Shown one piece after another: positions 50,789 to 61,443 of a DNA stretch of 64,000 nt (its first letter is position 1; every line of letters begins with the position of its first letter). Under the pieces are notes generated by a model. It saw nothing but the letters and a program-made list of their open reading frames with translations. It was not told the DNA's origin and searched no databases. Source of the stretch: Alphaproteobacteria bacterium (lineage in GTDB: Bacteria; Pseudomonadota; Alphaproteobacteria; MPNO01; UBA830); contig OZ251539.1 in the NCBI GenBank assembly GCA_965243135.1, positions 736,001 to 800,000 on the forward strand, written 5' to 3'. Both the position numbers and the translations under genes were made by a program.

Positions 50789-51140
50789 CAACCTTTCCGA
50801 TGTCGGTTCGCACGATCAGTTTCCATATCCCAACCTAATGAGGTTGCGTTGTAGCTAAAATACCGGAATACCTGTGCGGCATGCTCCAGTTGATATTGGT
50901 GGATTGGAGGGTAGCGCCCTGACCCACCGGAAATGATAAGATTCATTTCGGAGATAAACTATAATTCGCCGCCAAGATATGCATTTCCTCCCGCTGTGAG
51001 ATTCGTATGTTTGGGAAAATTATTGCCGACGGAAGGTGTTTATTTTTTCGATACAGTACCCGCTATCAACTCCGAAGTGCAATACCGGCAGCCGGCAATA
51101 CCTGTAGCGAGGACAGTATGGGGATGGGTTGGCCGGTGAG
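50788..51140 (-). pseudogene. Decayed small ORF coupled to the IrrE-like gene (toxin-like)
   Basis: Hand translation gives PKHTNLTAGGNAYLGGEL*FISEMNLIISGGSGRYPP..AAQVFRYFSYNATSLGWD..KG*, with TAG at 50959-50961; its TGA overlaps the IrrE ATG. Confidence 0.55.
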
Positions 51141-51306
51141 TCAAGATGCCGGGGCGGCGGGACATTCGCCGCAGGGAGGGCGTAGCCCGACCGGAAGCGA
51201 ACGCCCCCGCCGCAACGAAAAAATCTCCCTTCCCCGGGGCCGGGCCGACGCCCGCCGTTTGTTCTGCGCCACGAACCGACGCGGCCGACCGCCCCGACGC
51301 GCAGGG

Positions 51307-51460
51307 CGCTTCCGGCGCACCTGCAGGGTCAACTCTTGAAGATCGAAAGATTCGGAATTGTCGTTAGGGATCCTCGGTCATTTCTCATACAGACTCAGAA
51401 GGTCGTCATAACCTTGTTTCGGATCGGAAGTCGAACATTGAAGATACAGAGCCGCCGTGT
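51307..51460 (+). repeat. Direct repeat, copy C (orphan copy of the IrrE-like gene tail)
   Basis: Minus strand encodes TAALYLQCSTSDPKQGYDDLLSLYEK*, versus TASLYLQCSVSELKQGCDDLLSLYEK* in copy B. Confidence 0.9.
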
Positions 51461-51537
51461 TGATAAGGGGAATTTCATCCCGCTCTTTGCTGCCGGGAAT
51501 CGAGGTTGGAAAAGCCCTTCGACCATCGCGCGGTCCT

Positions 51538-52110
51538 TTACCGACCATGCGCCACGGCTTCGACGCGCTGCGCCATCGCGTCGAAGTCCTCGGGACATTT
51601 TCGGCGGATCGCGGGGAGATTCCGCGCAGCTTCCTTGCTTAGCGCCTTGCGTCCGCCGCCCGGACCGTCCGAGACGCCGCGATCTCGGGCGAGCGGTTCG
51701 AAATACCGTTCCTTGACGTGGATCTCGGTGCGGACGTCATTCCAACGCCAGTCATCCGGCAAATCTAGGCCGGCGAGAACCCAGGTTTCGATCTCTTCCC
51801 ATGCGTTCACGGCGTGGAAGGTTCTGCTGTTTCCGAACTCGGTCTCGATGGAATCGAGCCGCGCCCGACGCTTTTCGTTGCCGTCCCGGTCCACGCACAA
51901 AATGAAAACATCCGTCGTCCCGTCGTACCGCTCCACGATTTCGTTCAGACGCTCGGACTTCAGCGCTTCGCCGACCCCGCCGAGCAGCGGATCCCTGCAC
52001 ACAAGGATGCGGGCGCACGGTCTGCCGACGGATCGAAAGAGCCGTTCGAACAACGGTTTCAGGGTATACTGATCGTTACGGAAATCCTCAGGAATGACGA
52101 GAACTCTCAT
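51538..52110 (-). CDS. Hypothetical TOPRIM-like partner of the AAA_21 ATPase
   Basis: N-terminal VLVIPED, CVDRDG (DxD), EEIETWVLA; ATGA overlap with the ATPase. Confidence 0.65.
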   Translation of the reverse strand: MRVLVIPEDFRNDQYTLKPLFERLFRSVGRPCARILVCRDPLLGGVGEALKSERLNEIVERYDGTTDVFILCVDRDGNEKRRARLDSIETEFGNSRTFHAVNAWEEIETWVLAGLDLPDDWRWNDVRTEIHVKERYFEPLARDRGVSDGPGGGRKALSKEAARNLPAIRRKCPEDFDAMAQRVEAVAHGR

Positions 52111-53381
52111 TCCGGTTCCCCTGCGGCGCCTTCGGTAAACGCGAGCGCGTCCTCCATCCAGCCGCTAGCAAGAAGTCGGCCCAGCCCTTGGGACTTTCGC
52201 AGCTTCTCCGCTCGAGGCAGCTCCGATACCGGCCGGATGATCGCCTCGGCGTCATCGGGGAGGCGGCAGACAACGGACGCGTCGTTGAAGGTATTGTCGC
52301 TCATCATGGTGAGCAGCTCGGACGAATGGGTCGTGGTGACCACTTGAATCCCGGACTTCGCAGTCTGCGTTTCGATCAGGTCGATTAGAAGATGAAGCCG
52401 CGATGGGTGGATGCCGTTTTCGATCTCTTCGATGAAATACAGCCGCGCCGGGTTCGGGCCGAGCAACGCGGCCATCATGGCGAGAAAGCGCAGCGTGCCG
52501 TCGGACGCACTGTAGGCTGAGACCGCGCGGTTGTTCGTTTCCCGGATCGCCAGTCCAATCCGGCCCGTGGTCGGATCGACGGGGAACTCGAAATCCTTCA
52601 CGTCCATTGGCGTCAATTCGCGCAACCATTCGGCAAGGGTTTCTCTACGGCCATCGTCGGCGCAGATGCCTTGCAGCACCGTCGGCAGATTTTCCCCGCT
52701 GTCGCCCAGGACGGTCTGGCCCGGGAAAGAAGGCTGCCGCATGCGATCCGGTGCCAAATCGAGAAAGCGCATGCTGGCGAACGAGTCGATGATCGCCTGC
52801 GCGCCGTCCTTGTACGCCCGTATGACGCGCTTGGCGCTCTGGATCTGGGTGAGGGCGGGCTGGTCGGACCTTACCGCGAGGCGATCCCCATACTTTCTTT
52901 GTTCGTTTTTCTTTGCCATGCGGAGAAGAAGATGGCCATCGTCACCCTGCTCGCGAACAGGGTCGCTACCTGGTGGATGACTGGTATAGGTCGCTTCGTA
53001 TCCGTTCTCGACAAGCTCTTCCATTGTCACTCGGAATTCGGTGCCGTTGCCAATGCCGACCTCAATCCTGTGCAGGGTGGGTGCCTCGACCCCTGTTGGT
53101 TTTGACTTGGTGGTGATCGAGAAGGATGTATGGCCGACGCGCGCCATCTCGTTGGCCGCGCCGCGTATCGGCCCCCATTCGACCTGTCCGCCCGGCCCGT
53201 ACTTTCCGCCGAAGATCTCCGCCAGCGTGTATCCGCGGCCGATGCCGTGGAGAAATCGGAAGGCGGCGCGGATGTTGCTCTTGCCGCTGGCATTGGCGCC
53301 GACGATCACGGTGAACGGCCCGAGGTTCAGCGTTTCTTTGGCGAAGTTCGTGAAGTTTTCGAGGCGAATCGAGGCAATCAC
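52107..53381 (-). CDS. ABC-like AAA_21 ATPase
   Basis: GANASGKSN, ASDGTLRF, IEEIENGIHPSR, TTHS; GTG start with GAGG RBS. Confidence 0.88.
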   Translation of the reverse strand: MIASIRLENFTNFAKETLNLGPFTVIVGANASGKSNIRAAFRFLHGIGRGYTLAEIFGGKYGPGGQVEWGPIRGAANEMARVGHTSFSITTKSKPTGVEAPTLHRIEVGIGNGTEFRVTMEELVENGYEATYTSHPPGSDPVREQGDDGHLLLRMAKKNEQRKYGDRLAVRSDQPALTQIQSAKRVIRAYKDGAQAIIDSFASMRFLDLAPDRMRQPSFPGQTVLGDSGENLPTVLQGICADDGRRETLAEWLRELTPMDVKDFEFPVDPTTGRIGLAIRETNNRAVSAYSASDGTLRFLAMMAALLGPNPARLYFIEEIENGIHPSRLHLLIDLIETQTAKSGIQVVTTTHSSELLTMMSDNTFNDASVVCRLPDDAEAIIRPVSELPRAEKLRKSQGLGRLLASGWMEDALAFTEGAAGEPE

Positions 53382-53538
53382 GGCCTCTTCTCCGACTGCC
53401 GGGCCCGCGACGCGACGCACGCCACATGCAGGACCGGCAGGTAAGGGTGAGCAGGCACCTTATCATGGAACCGCACGTCGGCCACCAACGCAGGATATTC
53501 CGTCTGAATCCCCAAATCGAGGCGGAGGGGTTTATTAT

Positions 53539-53553
53539 GTTCTATTTTTGTTT
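53539..53553. promoter_or_regulatory. Candidate alphaproteobacterial LexA box
   Basis: GTTC-tattttt-GTTT (consensus GTTC-N7-GTTC) in an AT-rich patch about 160 bp upstream of the ATPase. Confidence 0.4.
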
Positions 53554-53992
53554 CAGACCGTCCGCGGTGAGATCCGCAAAGCGCACGCGTGATGCCTCTG
53601 TCTTCACGCCTCGCCCTCGGCCGACGGGTTCCCGACCGCAACCCGGAAGGCCGTGCGACCCGCGCGATCCTCCGGAGGGCTATGTGGACAGCCGCTTCGT
53701 GCCTGGCCCCTTCCCCTCAACCACCACAACGGAAGCGGTCTTTGGTGCATAATGATGTTCTCGACAGGAGAAATTTCCAGGAGGCGCTTGCGCTGTGTCA
53801 TTTTCCCGGCGGGTCGTCTGGCCGACACTCCGCGGTTGGCTCTGCCCGCCCATCGGCAGTTCTGCAAGCGTCGCGCAGGAGTGCGGAGCGAAAACGGATA
53901 TTCGGTCGTCCGCCTCGATAATGTCCTCGCGACACGGATCGCCGACGGCCTGTGTTGCGCTTCGCAATTGATGGGGGCGCGTCGAACGGCCA

Positions 53993-55150
53993 ATGAAGAT
54001 CGTCAGCATTCGTGAAAAGCGGGTCTCGCTCGCGGACCCGCTTTCGAACGCCGCCATCGACTTTCGCGAAATGACGGCATCGGCGGTCGCCGTCGAGGTC
54101 GATACGGGCGGAAGAGGGACGGTGACCGGTTACGGGTTCTCGTCGATTGGACGCTACGCGCAGGGCGGTCCGATCGCGGAACGCTTCGCGCCGCGGTTGC
54201 TAGCCTCCCCCGACATGACGGGAGAAGACGGAAAACTCGATCCGGTGCGCGGGCGGGCGGCCATGATGGCGAACGAGAAACAGGGCGGCGACGGCGACCG
54301 GGCGGGAGCGGTCGGCGTTCTGGACATGGCTCTCTGGGATGCGGCCGCCAAGGCGGAAGGCGTTCCGTTATGGCGGCTTCTTTCCCGGAACTTCAACGAC
54401 GGGAATGCGCACGGCCGGGTTCCCGTATACGCCACGGGCGGCCATTACCACGCGGAAGGCGATCATGCAGCCCTTCGCGACGAGATAAAGGGCTATCTCG
54501 ACCACGGCTACGAACGCGTCAAGATCAAATGCGGATTGCGGAGCCTTGACGACGACCGGGCGCGTATCGAGGCGGTTTTGCCGCTGCTGAACGGCGATGG
54601 CGCGCGTCTCGCGGTCGACGTCAATTGTCGCTGCGACGCTTTTGCGGAGGCGGCGGCCATGGCGGACGGATATGCGCCGTATCGGCTCGCCTGGATCGAG
54701 GAGCCCGGCCACCCGCACGATTTCGAGCTTCTGGCGGCGTTGGCTGAGAATTCGGAAACGCCGATCGGTACTGGCGAGAACCTGTTCTCGGTGTGGGAAG
54801 CGCGCAACCTGATGCGCTACGCGGGCCTTCGGCCCGACCGCGATCTGATCCAGATCGATCCGGCGCTCGCCTACGGAGCGGTCGAATACGCCGCGATTCT
54901 GGAACTTGCCGCGGACTGCGGCTGGCGGCGGTCGCAAATCGTGCCGCACGCCGGGCATCTGTTCGCATTCCATGCGGTAGCCGGGCTGGAACTGGGCGCG
55001 CACGAAGTTTCGCCACGATCCGATTCCGTCATTGGCGGGCTGCCGACAGGCGTTTCCGTAGAGAACGGGCATGCGACGCTGCCGGATGCGCCCGGCCTCG
55101 GTTTCGAGGCGCATGAGCGGTTGTGGGCCGTGCTGCGCACCTTCGGTTGA
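53993..55150 (+). CDS. Mandelate racemase/enolase-superfamily enzyme (D-tartrate dehydratase-like)
   Basis: LSNAAIDFREMTAS, GYGFSSIGRY, DMALWDAAAK, KIK, DVN, WIEEP, TGENLFS. Confidence 0.85.
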   Translation: MKIVSIREKRVSLADPLSNAAIDFREMTASAVAVEVDTGGRGTVTGYGFSSIGRYAQGGPIAERFAPRLLASPDMTGEDGKLDPVRGRAAMMANEKQGGDGDRAGAVGVLDMALWDAAAKAEGVPLWRLLSRNFNDGNAHGRVPVYATGGHYHAEGDHAALRDEIKGYLDHGYERVKIKCGLRSLDDDRARIEAVLPLLNGDGARLAVDVNCRCDAFAEAAAMADGYAPYRLAWIEEPGHPHDFELLAALAENSETPIGTGENLFSVWEARNLMRYAGLRPDRDLIQIDPALAYGAVEYAAILELAADCGWRRSQIVPHAGHLFAFHAVAGLELGAHEVSPRSDSVIGGLPTGVSVENGHATLPDAPGLGFEAHERLWAVLRTFG

Positions 55151-55554
55151 GGTTGGCCGTTTTACGGTTTGGAGCGTGCGGGTCGAACTGTTCCATGTCC
55201 CGTGGGTTGCCGTTCGCACGGGAACGTCCGCGCCGCGCGCGCATTCTCCCGCTCCCAACGCGGACGAACCCGCGGTTCGTGGCGCTTCGCGTCCGAATCG
55301 GTGAGCGCAAGCATGGTTGCGTCGGCGGTCGCTGCACGGTCCCGTCATTGCTCGGAAACGCCGAACGCTTTCCGGCGTTCGTAAATCGGCCTCGACGGTT
55401 CGCTGGCGATTACCGGTGACGTATCCCGCTTCGACCGACAGGGCACGCGTCGCGGCTGTGCATGAATTTGCCTGGCTCGGTATTTTGTTGTTCTGTCAGG
55501 GGCGTCGCGGGCGGCGGAACGCCGGACGCTTCCTCGCAAGAACGGGCGGCAGCA

Positions 55555-58500
55555 ATGAAGGAAAACCAGGAAATGGATGGTTTCGCAGACAGTTTGGGAG
55601 ATCGTTGCAAGGCATTGTCGGAAAAGAAGGGAACGGAAAAGGGACGAGAGTTTGAAGTCCTGCTTGCCCAATGGTTGCCCCGGATTCCGGAAACCGAACT
55701 GGAAGAAGTTTGGCGCTGGTCCGACACTCCGTCTGCGTTGAGGGAACGAATTGCCCCAAGGACGAAACGGGCCGATACCGGAATAGATCTCGTTGCGAAA
55801 CGCCGGGATGGCGGTCTCGTTGCAATCCAGGCCAAGTGCTACGCGCCGGACCAAAAGGTGGAGGCCTCGGAGCTGGGAACCTCGGCGCTGACGACGGGAA
55901 ACGCGGATCTGGCCGGGAAATGGCTTGTGACCACCGGGGGGTGGACGCGCAATCTGGAACGCAGCGCATCGGATTGGACGTTGATTCACGCTCCCACCCA
56001 CTGGTCGCATGTGGTCCTGCAGGACAAGCGGCCCAGGAAGAGCCTGGATGCGCAGCAGCGCGAGGCCTTCGACGCGGCGGTAGATGGACTGAGGAAACAC
56101 GACCGGGGAACGCTGGTCATGGCCTGCGGAACCGGGAAGACCCTGACCTCGCTGCGGGTAGCCGAGAAGCTCGCGCCGAACGGCGGTCTGGTCCTGTACG
56201 CGACGCCGAGCATCGGCCTTACCGCGCAATCGCGGCGGGAATGGCTTCGGGAGGCCGGGCGTCCTTTGCACACGGTTGTTGTGTGTTCGGACATTGGAGC
56301 GGGAACGGGCTGGAGCAATGAAGTCGAGGCGCCGGTAACGACGGATCCGGAAACCATCGCGAGAGCGGTGAAGAAAGCGGGTCAAGCAGCCGGAAGCGAG
56401 GGGTTGGTTGCGGTTTTCAGCACCTATCAGTCAATGGAAAAGCTTTGCCTTGCCCAAGAAGAACACGGCCTTCCCGATATCGACCTGATGATCGCGGACG
56501 AGGCTCATCGAACGACGGGCGTCGTGAAGGACGACGATCCGAAGGCGTTCCAGATGGCCCACCATCGGCTTCGGGCGCGCAAGCGGCTGTACCAGACGGC
56601 GACGCCGCGCATCTTCTCGCGGCGCAGCCAAAAGAAGATCATCGACGGGATCGCAACGCAAACCGAAAGCAGGGTGGACATCCACGATATGGACGACGTT
56701 TCCACCTACGGCCCGGAGTTGCACAGGTTGACCTTCAGCGAAGCATTGCAGGCACCGGAAGAAGAGCGAAGGCTGTCGGATTACAGAGTGGTCGTGTTTT
56801 TCGTAAGCGACATGGCTGGCGGAGCGGAAGCCGCCGGACGCCAAGCGGTCGAAAAGCTGAAGGATACATCGTTGGCCGAGCGGATCGCCGGTCTCGGCCG
56901 TCTGATGCTGACCGGGGAGGGCGGGAATGAGCCGAACGAGCTTTCGAACGTTCGCAGTTGCATCGCTTATTGCAACAAGCTCGTCAATGCGAAGGAAGCG
57001 AAAAACATTTTGCAGGACAAGGAAGGCGGCATCCGCAGGTGGGCGGCCAGGATGGCCGAGCAGGACGGAAAGCGCCTCGGTCCGGAGGTGCGGCTGGCCG
57101 CCGGGTATCTGGACGGAAATTCGGACACTGCGGAGCGGATAAGGGAACTGGACAAGCTGGCCAAAGCCTCGGACGCGCAGCGCCGGGTGACCACGAACGT
57201 CAAGGTCCTGTCCGAAGGGATAGACGTTCCGGCGCTGGATGCCATCTGTTTTCTGGAGGAACGCAAGGGCGAGATCGACATCGTTCAGGCGGTCGGCAGG
57301 GTGATGCGCAAGCCGCCGGGGGGAGGCAAGGAATGCGGATACGTGGTCGTCCCGGTCGTCGCGAGCGCTCAACTGGATCTGGAACTGAACCTGAGCGAAT
57401 GGTGGAACAAGGACTGGCGCGTGCTCGGGCAGGTGTTGCGGGCGCTGCGCGCGCACGACGCGCGGATCGAGACGGACCTGGAAAAGCTGCTGATCGTTAC
57501 GTCCGACCACGGCGGCAAGGACGGAAGAGACGGGGACGACCAGGACGACGACCGGGGCGATTTCTGGAGCAAATTGAAAGAAGGGATTTTCGACGCCTTG
57601 GTGCCCGTGATTATGGAGAAATCGGGCATCAATCCGGACGGTGCCGAAAGGGTCAACCTGATCAAGCAGGCCGTGACGAGCGCAGCGACCCAAATCCGCA
57701 GGGAAAGCGGTCTGGGAGCCAGACTGGCCTCCGCCGTGGGCGTGGAGGAAGAAACCGGCGACCCCGAAAAGCGGGCTTGCGGGGCCGCGGCGCTGATAAT
57801 CGCGAACGCGCTGCTGATGCACCAAAGAATCGACGAGACCCGGAAGGACGAGCGCCGTCTACGCGTGACGCCGCTGCGGGAAGTGAAAAGCCTGCGAGAT
57901 CCGGAAAAGGTCTTGCTGTCCGACTGGAACCGGATATTGGAACTGGATTACCGGGTGATTTTCGAGCCGGCGATAAGGGTGATTAGAAATTCCGGGGGGG
58001 GGGGGGGGCGAAAACGGAATTCCCGAAGGAATGCGGTATGCGCTGCAGACGTTGGCAAAGCACTGCGGCGAGATCGCTTCGCAGTACGCCGAAATGGGAA
58101 TGGACCACGCCGGCGAACTGTTCCAGGCCGCGATCGACAATGCAGCGGCGGACGGAGCTTATTACACGCTGTCGCCCGGAGCGATGCTGCTGGCCGAGTT
58201 GGCCTGCGACGCCAAGGCGGATGAGGGGGATGGCGTGTGGGCCGATCCCGATACGTGGGTCAGAGAGTGCGTTCTCGATCCGGCCTGCGGCTCAGGAACC
58301 TTGTTGACGGCATTCGCTTCGGCCGTTCGGCGAAGAGCCGCTGCACTCTTAACCGACGACGGACGCTTGGCGAAAATAGGCAAGGCGCTTGTCGAGGACG
58401 GCCTCGCCGGCTTGGATATCAATGAAAGGGCGCTGCAAATTGCCGGAACGCAACTGGCGATAGGCGCTTCCGATACCGGACTCTCGCGCATGGGGCTCTG

Positions 58501-60034
58501 GTCAATGCCAAGAAAAGTCTCCGGTGCGGAGAAAATAACGGCCGCAACCGTACGCTTGGGTGCACTGGAACTGTTGTCCACATTGAGGGACGGCGCGATT
58601 AGGACGGACGACCTGTTCAAGGGCACGAAGGACGCTAACGAAACCGAAGGAATCCGCATCGACATTGCGGAGGACGCGGAGCACGGCAGCATGAGGAAAC
58701 ACCTCAGCCGGACGACGGTCTGCATCAGCAATCCGCCATACTCGAATTCGGCAAAGGAAGGCGAGAATCAGAATGCCGCCGTCCGCAAAGCCATGCAGGC
58801 GAGGAAGAAACGCATGAGGGCCTTCGTGGCCCGTCACAGGCCGGAACTCGCGCCGATACTCAATCCGAACAGCGTTAGACCGTGGTTTTCCGTCCTCATG
58901 GAGGAGCTGGTCGATCCCGATCGCGGCGTTGTGGCAAAGGTAATGCCGACGACGGCCTGCACGGCCGCGGACCCCTCCGAACGCAAGTTCTGGTCCCGGA
59001 ATTTCGACGTTCTGTATATCGTGACCTTGCACAATCCGAAAACGCTGAACTGGAGCGTCAGCACGGGAATCACGGAAAGCATGATGATCGCAAGGCGCCG
59101 AAACGGCGGCGATCGGCCGAAAACCCGTTTCGTGTCCTTGGCGCGGCGCCCCGAAACGGTCGACGACGTCCTGGAACTGAGGGACGGGATTCGTTCGGAA
59201 GACTTGGGCGACTGGGGACGGATCTGCTTATGGCCGTCGAAGCGCATGGAGATCGGGGATTGGTCTCCAGCCGTCTGGTATCATCCTGCCCTTGCCGAAG
59301 CCGGATACCTGCTCGACAGCCTTGCGGAAAAGGACGGATGGACGAGGCTCGGGGAATTGGGAGCCATCCGGACGACGAAGGAAATCGTGGGAAAGGAAAA
59401 GTGGGAGTGGTGCGGCCCAGATTTCGCTGAAGTTCCGGTTACGAGGGGAGCCGGCTCGGATGCGCAGACCTGTCTTTCAGGAAGAATCGACGATCACGCC
59501 CGCCGCGCGATCGACTTCAGGGATGATCCGAATACCTGGAAAAGGCTGACGGAGAAGGTCGGTTATCTTCACATCGCGAATACCCAGTGCTCCGTCAGCG
59601 CGCGAGTGAATTCCATAGCGCTGGATCAACCTGCCGTAGGCTATACATGGACTCCCGTACAGGAAACAGGCAAAGACGAGTCTCAGGCGCTGTCCGTTTG
59701 GCTGAATTCTTCGCTTGGAAGAATTTTAATGCGCAGGATTTGGACCAGAAAGCTCAATTGGCCGATGTACCAGCCCGACGCTCTCGAAAAACTGGTGATA
59801 CCGGACAATAGAACGAAATTTGGGCGCGATGCCTTGGAAGTCCTGCGGGAGTGTTACCGAGAAACGCGGAATATCGAGGTCGGCCCGTACAGGGATGGAT
59901 ATTCCGATGTCCGGCGCAAATGGGACGTCGCCGTTGCCGAGGCCGTCGGCATCGATGTCGCCCAACTCCGGGAATACGGAGAGCGATTAGCGCAGGAACC
60001 AACCATACGAGGGAAGGTCGATCAGGAATCGTAA
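55555..60034 (+). CDS. Second nuclease-helicase-N6 MTase fusion (Type ISP-like RM), frameshifted at poly-G 57994-58008
   Basis: First ORF has DTGIDLVA..AIQAKCY, MACGTGKT, DEAHRT, LSEGIDVPALD and QAVGRVMR. ORF 58031-60034 has YYT, LDPACGSGTLL and SNPPY. G14 or G17 joins them (G14 gives about 1492 aa). Confidence 0.87.
57994..58008 (+). repeat. G15 homopolymer at the frameshift of RM gene 2
   Basis: aattcc-G15-cgaaaacgga. Confidence 0.9.
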
Positions 60035-60147
60035 CGACGACCATCCCGTGCGTCGAAGGCGTTTCGGAGGGCTCAACTTGATCATTTGAGCGCGCGCCGA
60101 TCATTCCTTCGTCTTCGATTCCGGCAAGCGTTCTCGACCTGCCGCCG

Positions 60148-61443
60148 CTAACCGCGCATCAATTCCCGCCACGCGCCGTACTGCGCCCGCAACGGCAATT
60201 CGCTGGTTCCGACCGCGCCGGTCATTTCTCCGTTCGCGCTTCGAATGTCGGTGACGCGCCCCCGGGAAAGATCGATCCATTCCGTTTCGGATTCGCCCAG
60301 CGCCCGCTGGATCGCGTTGAAGACCGCGATGTCGTCGGACGTGATCTGCGACGCCGGCGAGTTGAGCGCGTTCAGGAACATGACGGCGCGGGCATGCATT
60401 CCCTCCGGGGCGCCGTCGAGACGGAAACACGCCGAGTGGACGATGGTCCGGTCGGCCGCCAGCGGCTCGAGAAGCCGCAGCTGCTGGTGCTTGGGATTGA
60501 GGATCAGGTTGGGGTAGATCAGGTGATTGAACGTGTCCCAACCCATTATTTCCTCGGCGCGGTTTTCGCCGTAGGCCGCGATCATCGCCCGGCGGTATTC
60601 GGCGTTTATCGGGTCGTCGTCGGTATCCTGCTTGATCGGGCCTTCCTTGTAGAAGCCGCCCATGTACGAGTGGCCGCGCGGAAATCCGTGGATTTCCACC
60701 TTGTCCATCAGATTGAGGGGCAGGCCGTTGCCCTTGAACATCTGGAGCGCATGGTCTTCCTTTCCGGTTTCCTTCGCGACTTCCCGCGCGGTCTCGACGG
60801 ACGAAGCATGGACGATGGAAGCGTGCATCAGGTCGTTGGCGTTCTCCATATGGAGTTTCCAGTTGCCGGCATATTCCTGCCGGAAGCCGGTCGTCATCTC
60901 GGCCCCGCCGTTCGGCGCGCGGTCGGTCATGTTGTCGATCGCTTTCGCTAGGGGACCGAGATATTCGAGGAGGGAAGGCCCGTCGGCGCTTCGATTGGCG
61001 AACACGAACCCGCGATAGCTTTCCACCCGCGCCGCGCGGGACAGATCGAGGGCAGGGTCGCTCACGTCGAGCGCGCCGTCGTATCCCTTGGCGTGGGGAA
61101 CGCCGACCAGCCGGCCGTCGGTGCCGAAAGTCCAGCCGTGATAAGGGCAGACGAACCGGCGTTTCGAACCGCGCCTGGCGGTGCACAGCTTCATGCCGCG
61201 ATGAGTGCAGCGGTTGGCGAAGACGTGGATTCCGCCGTCGGCGTGGCGAGCGACGACGACCGGGCGGTCGCCCATGTGCGCGGCGACGAAGTCGCCGGGA
61301 CCGCGGATCGCGCTTTCATGCGCGACGAACAGCCAGGAGCGTCCGTAGATGCGGTCCATTTCGGCGGCGAAGACCGCCGGGTCCGTGTAGGCGCGTTTGC
61401 TGACCCGGCCTTCTGACGCGAGATCGGCGAAGCTTTGACCCAT
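60148..61443 (-). CDS. Aromatic ring-hydroxylating Rieske oxygenase alpha subunit
   Basis: NRCTHRG..CPYHGW, NWKLHMENANDLMH..VH, DD. Confidence 0.92.
   Translation of the reverse strand: MGQSFADLASEGRVSKRAYTDPAVFAAEMDRIYGRSWLFVAHESAIRGPGDFVAAHMGDRPVVVARHADGGIHVFANRCTHRGMKLCTARRGSKRRFVCPYHGWTFGTDGRLVGVPHAKGYDGALDVSDPALDLSRAARVESYRGFVFANRSADGPSLLEYLGPLAKAIDNMTDRAPNGGAEMTTGFRQEYAGNWKLHMENANDLMHASIVHASSVETAREVAKETGKEDHALQMFKGNGLPLNLMDKVEIHGFPRGHSYMGGFYKEGPIKQDTDDDPINAEYRRAMIAAYGENRAEEIMGWDTFNHLIYPNLILNPKHQQLRLLEPLAADRTIVHSACFRLDGAPEGMHARAVMFLNALNSPASQITSDDIAVFNAIQRALGESETEWIDLSRGRVTDIRSANGEMTGAVGTSELPLRAQYGAWRELMRG

Noticed and set aside
48524-51460. Three direct repeats as a possible CRISPR array
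   Set aside because: The repeats are 80-170 bp, degenerate and separated by 0.6-1.9 kb of genes; no cas genes are present.
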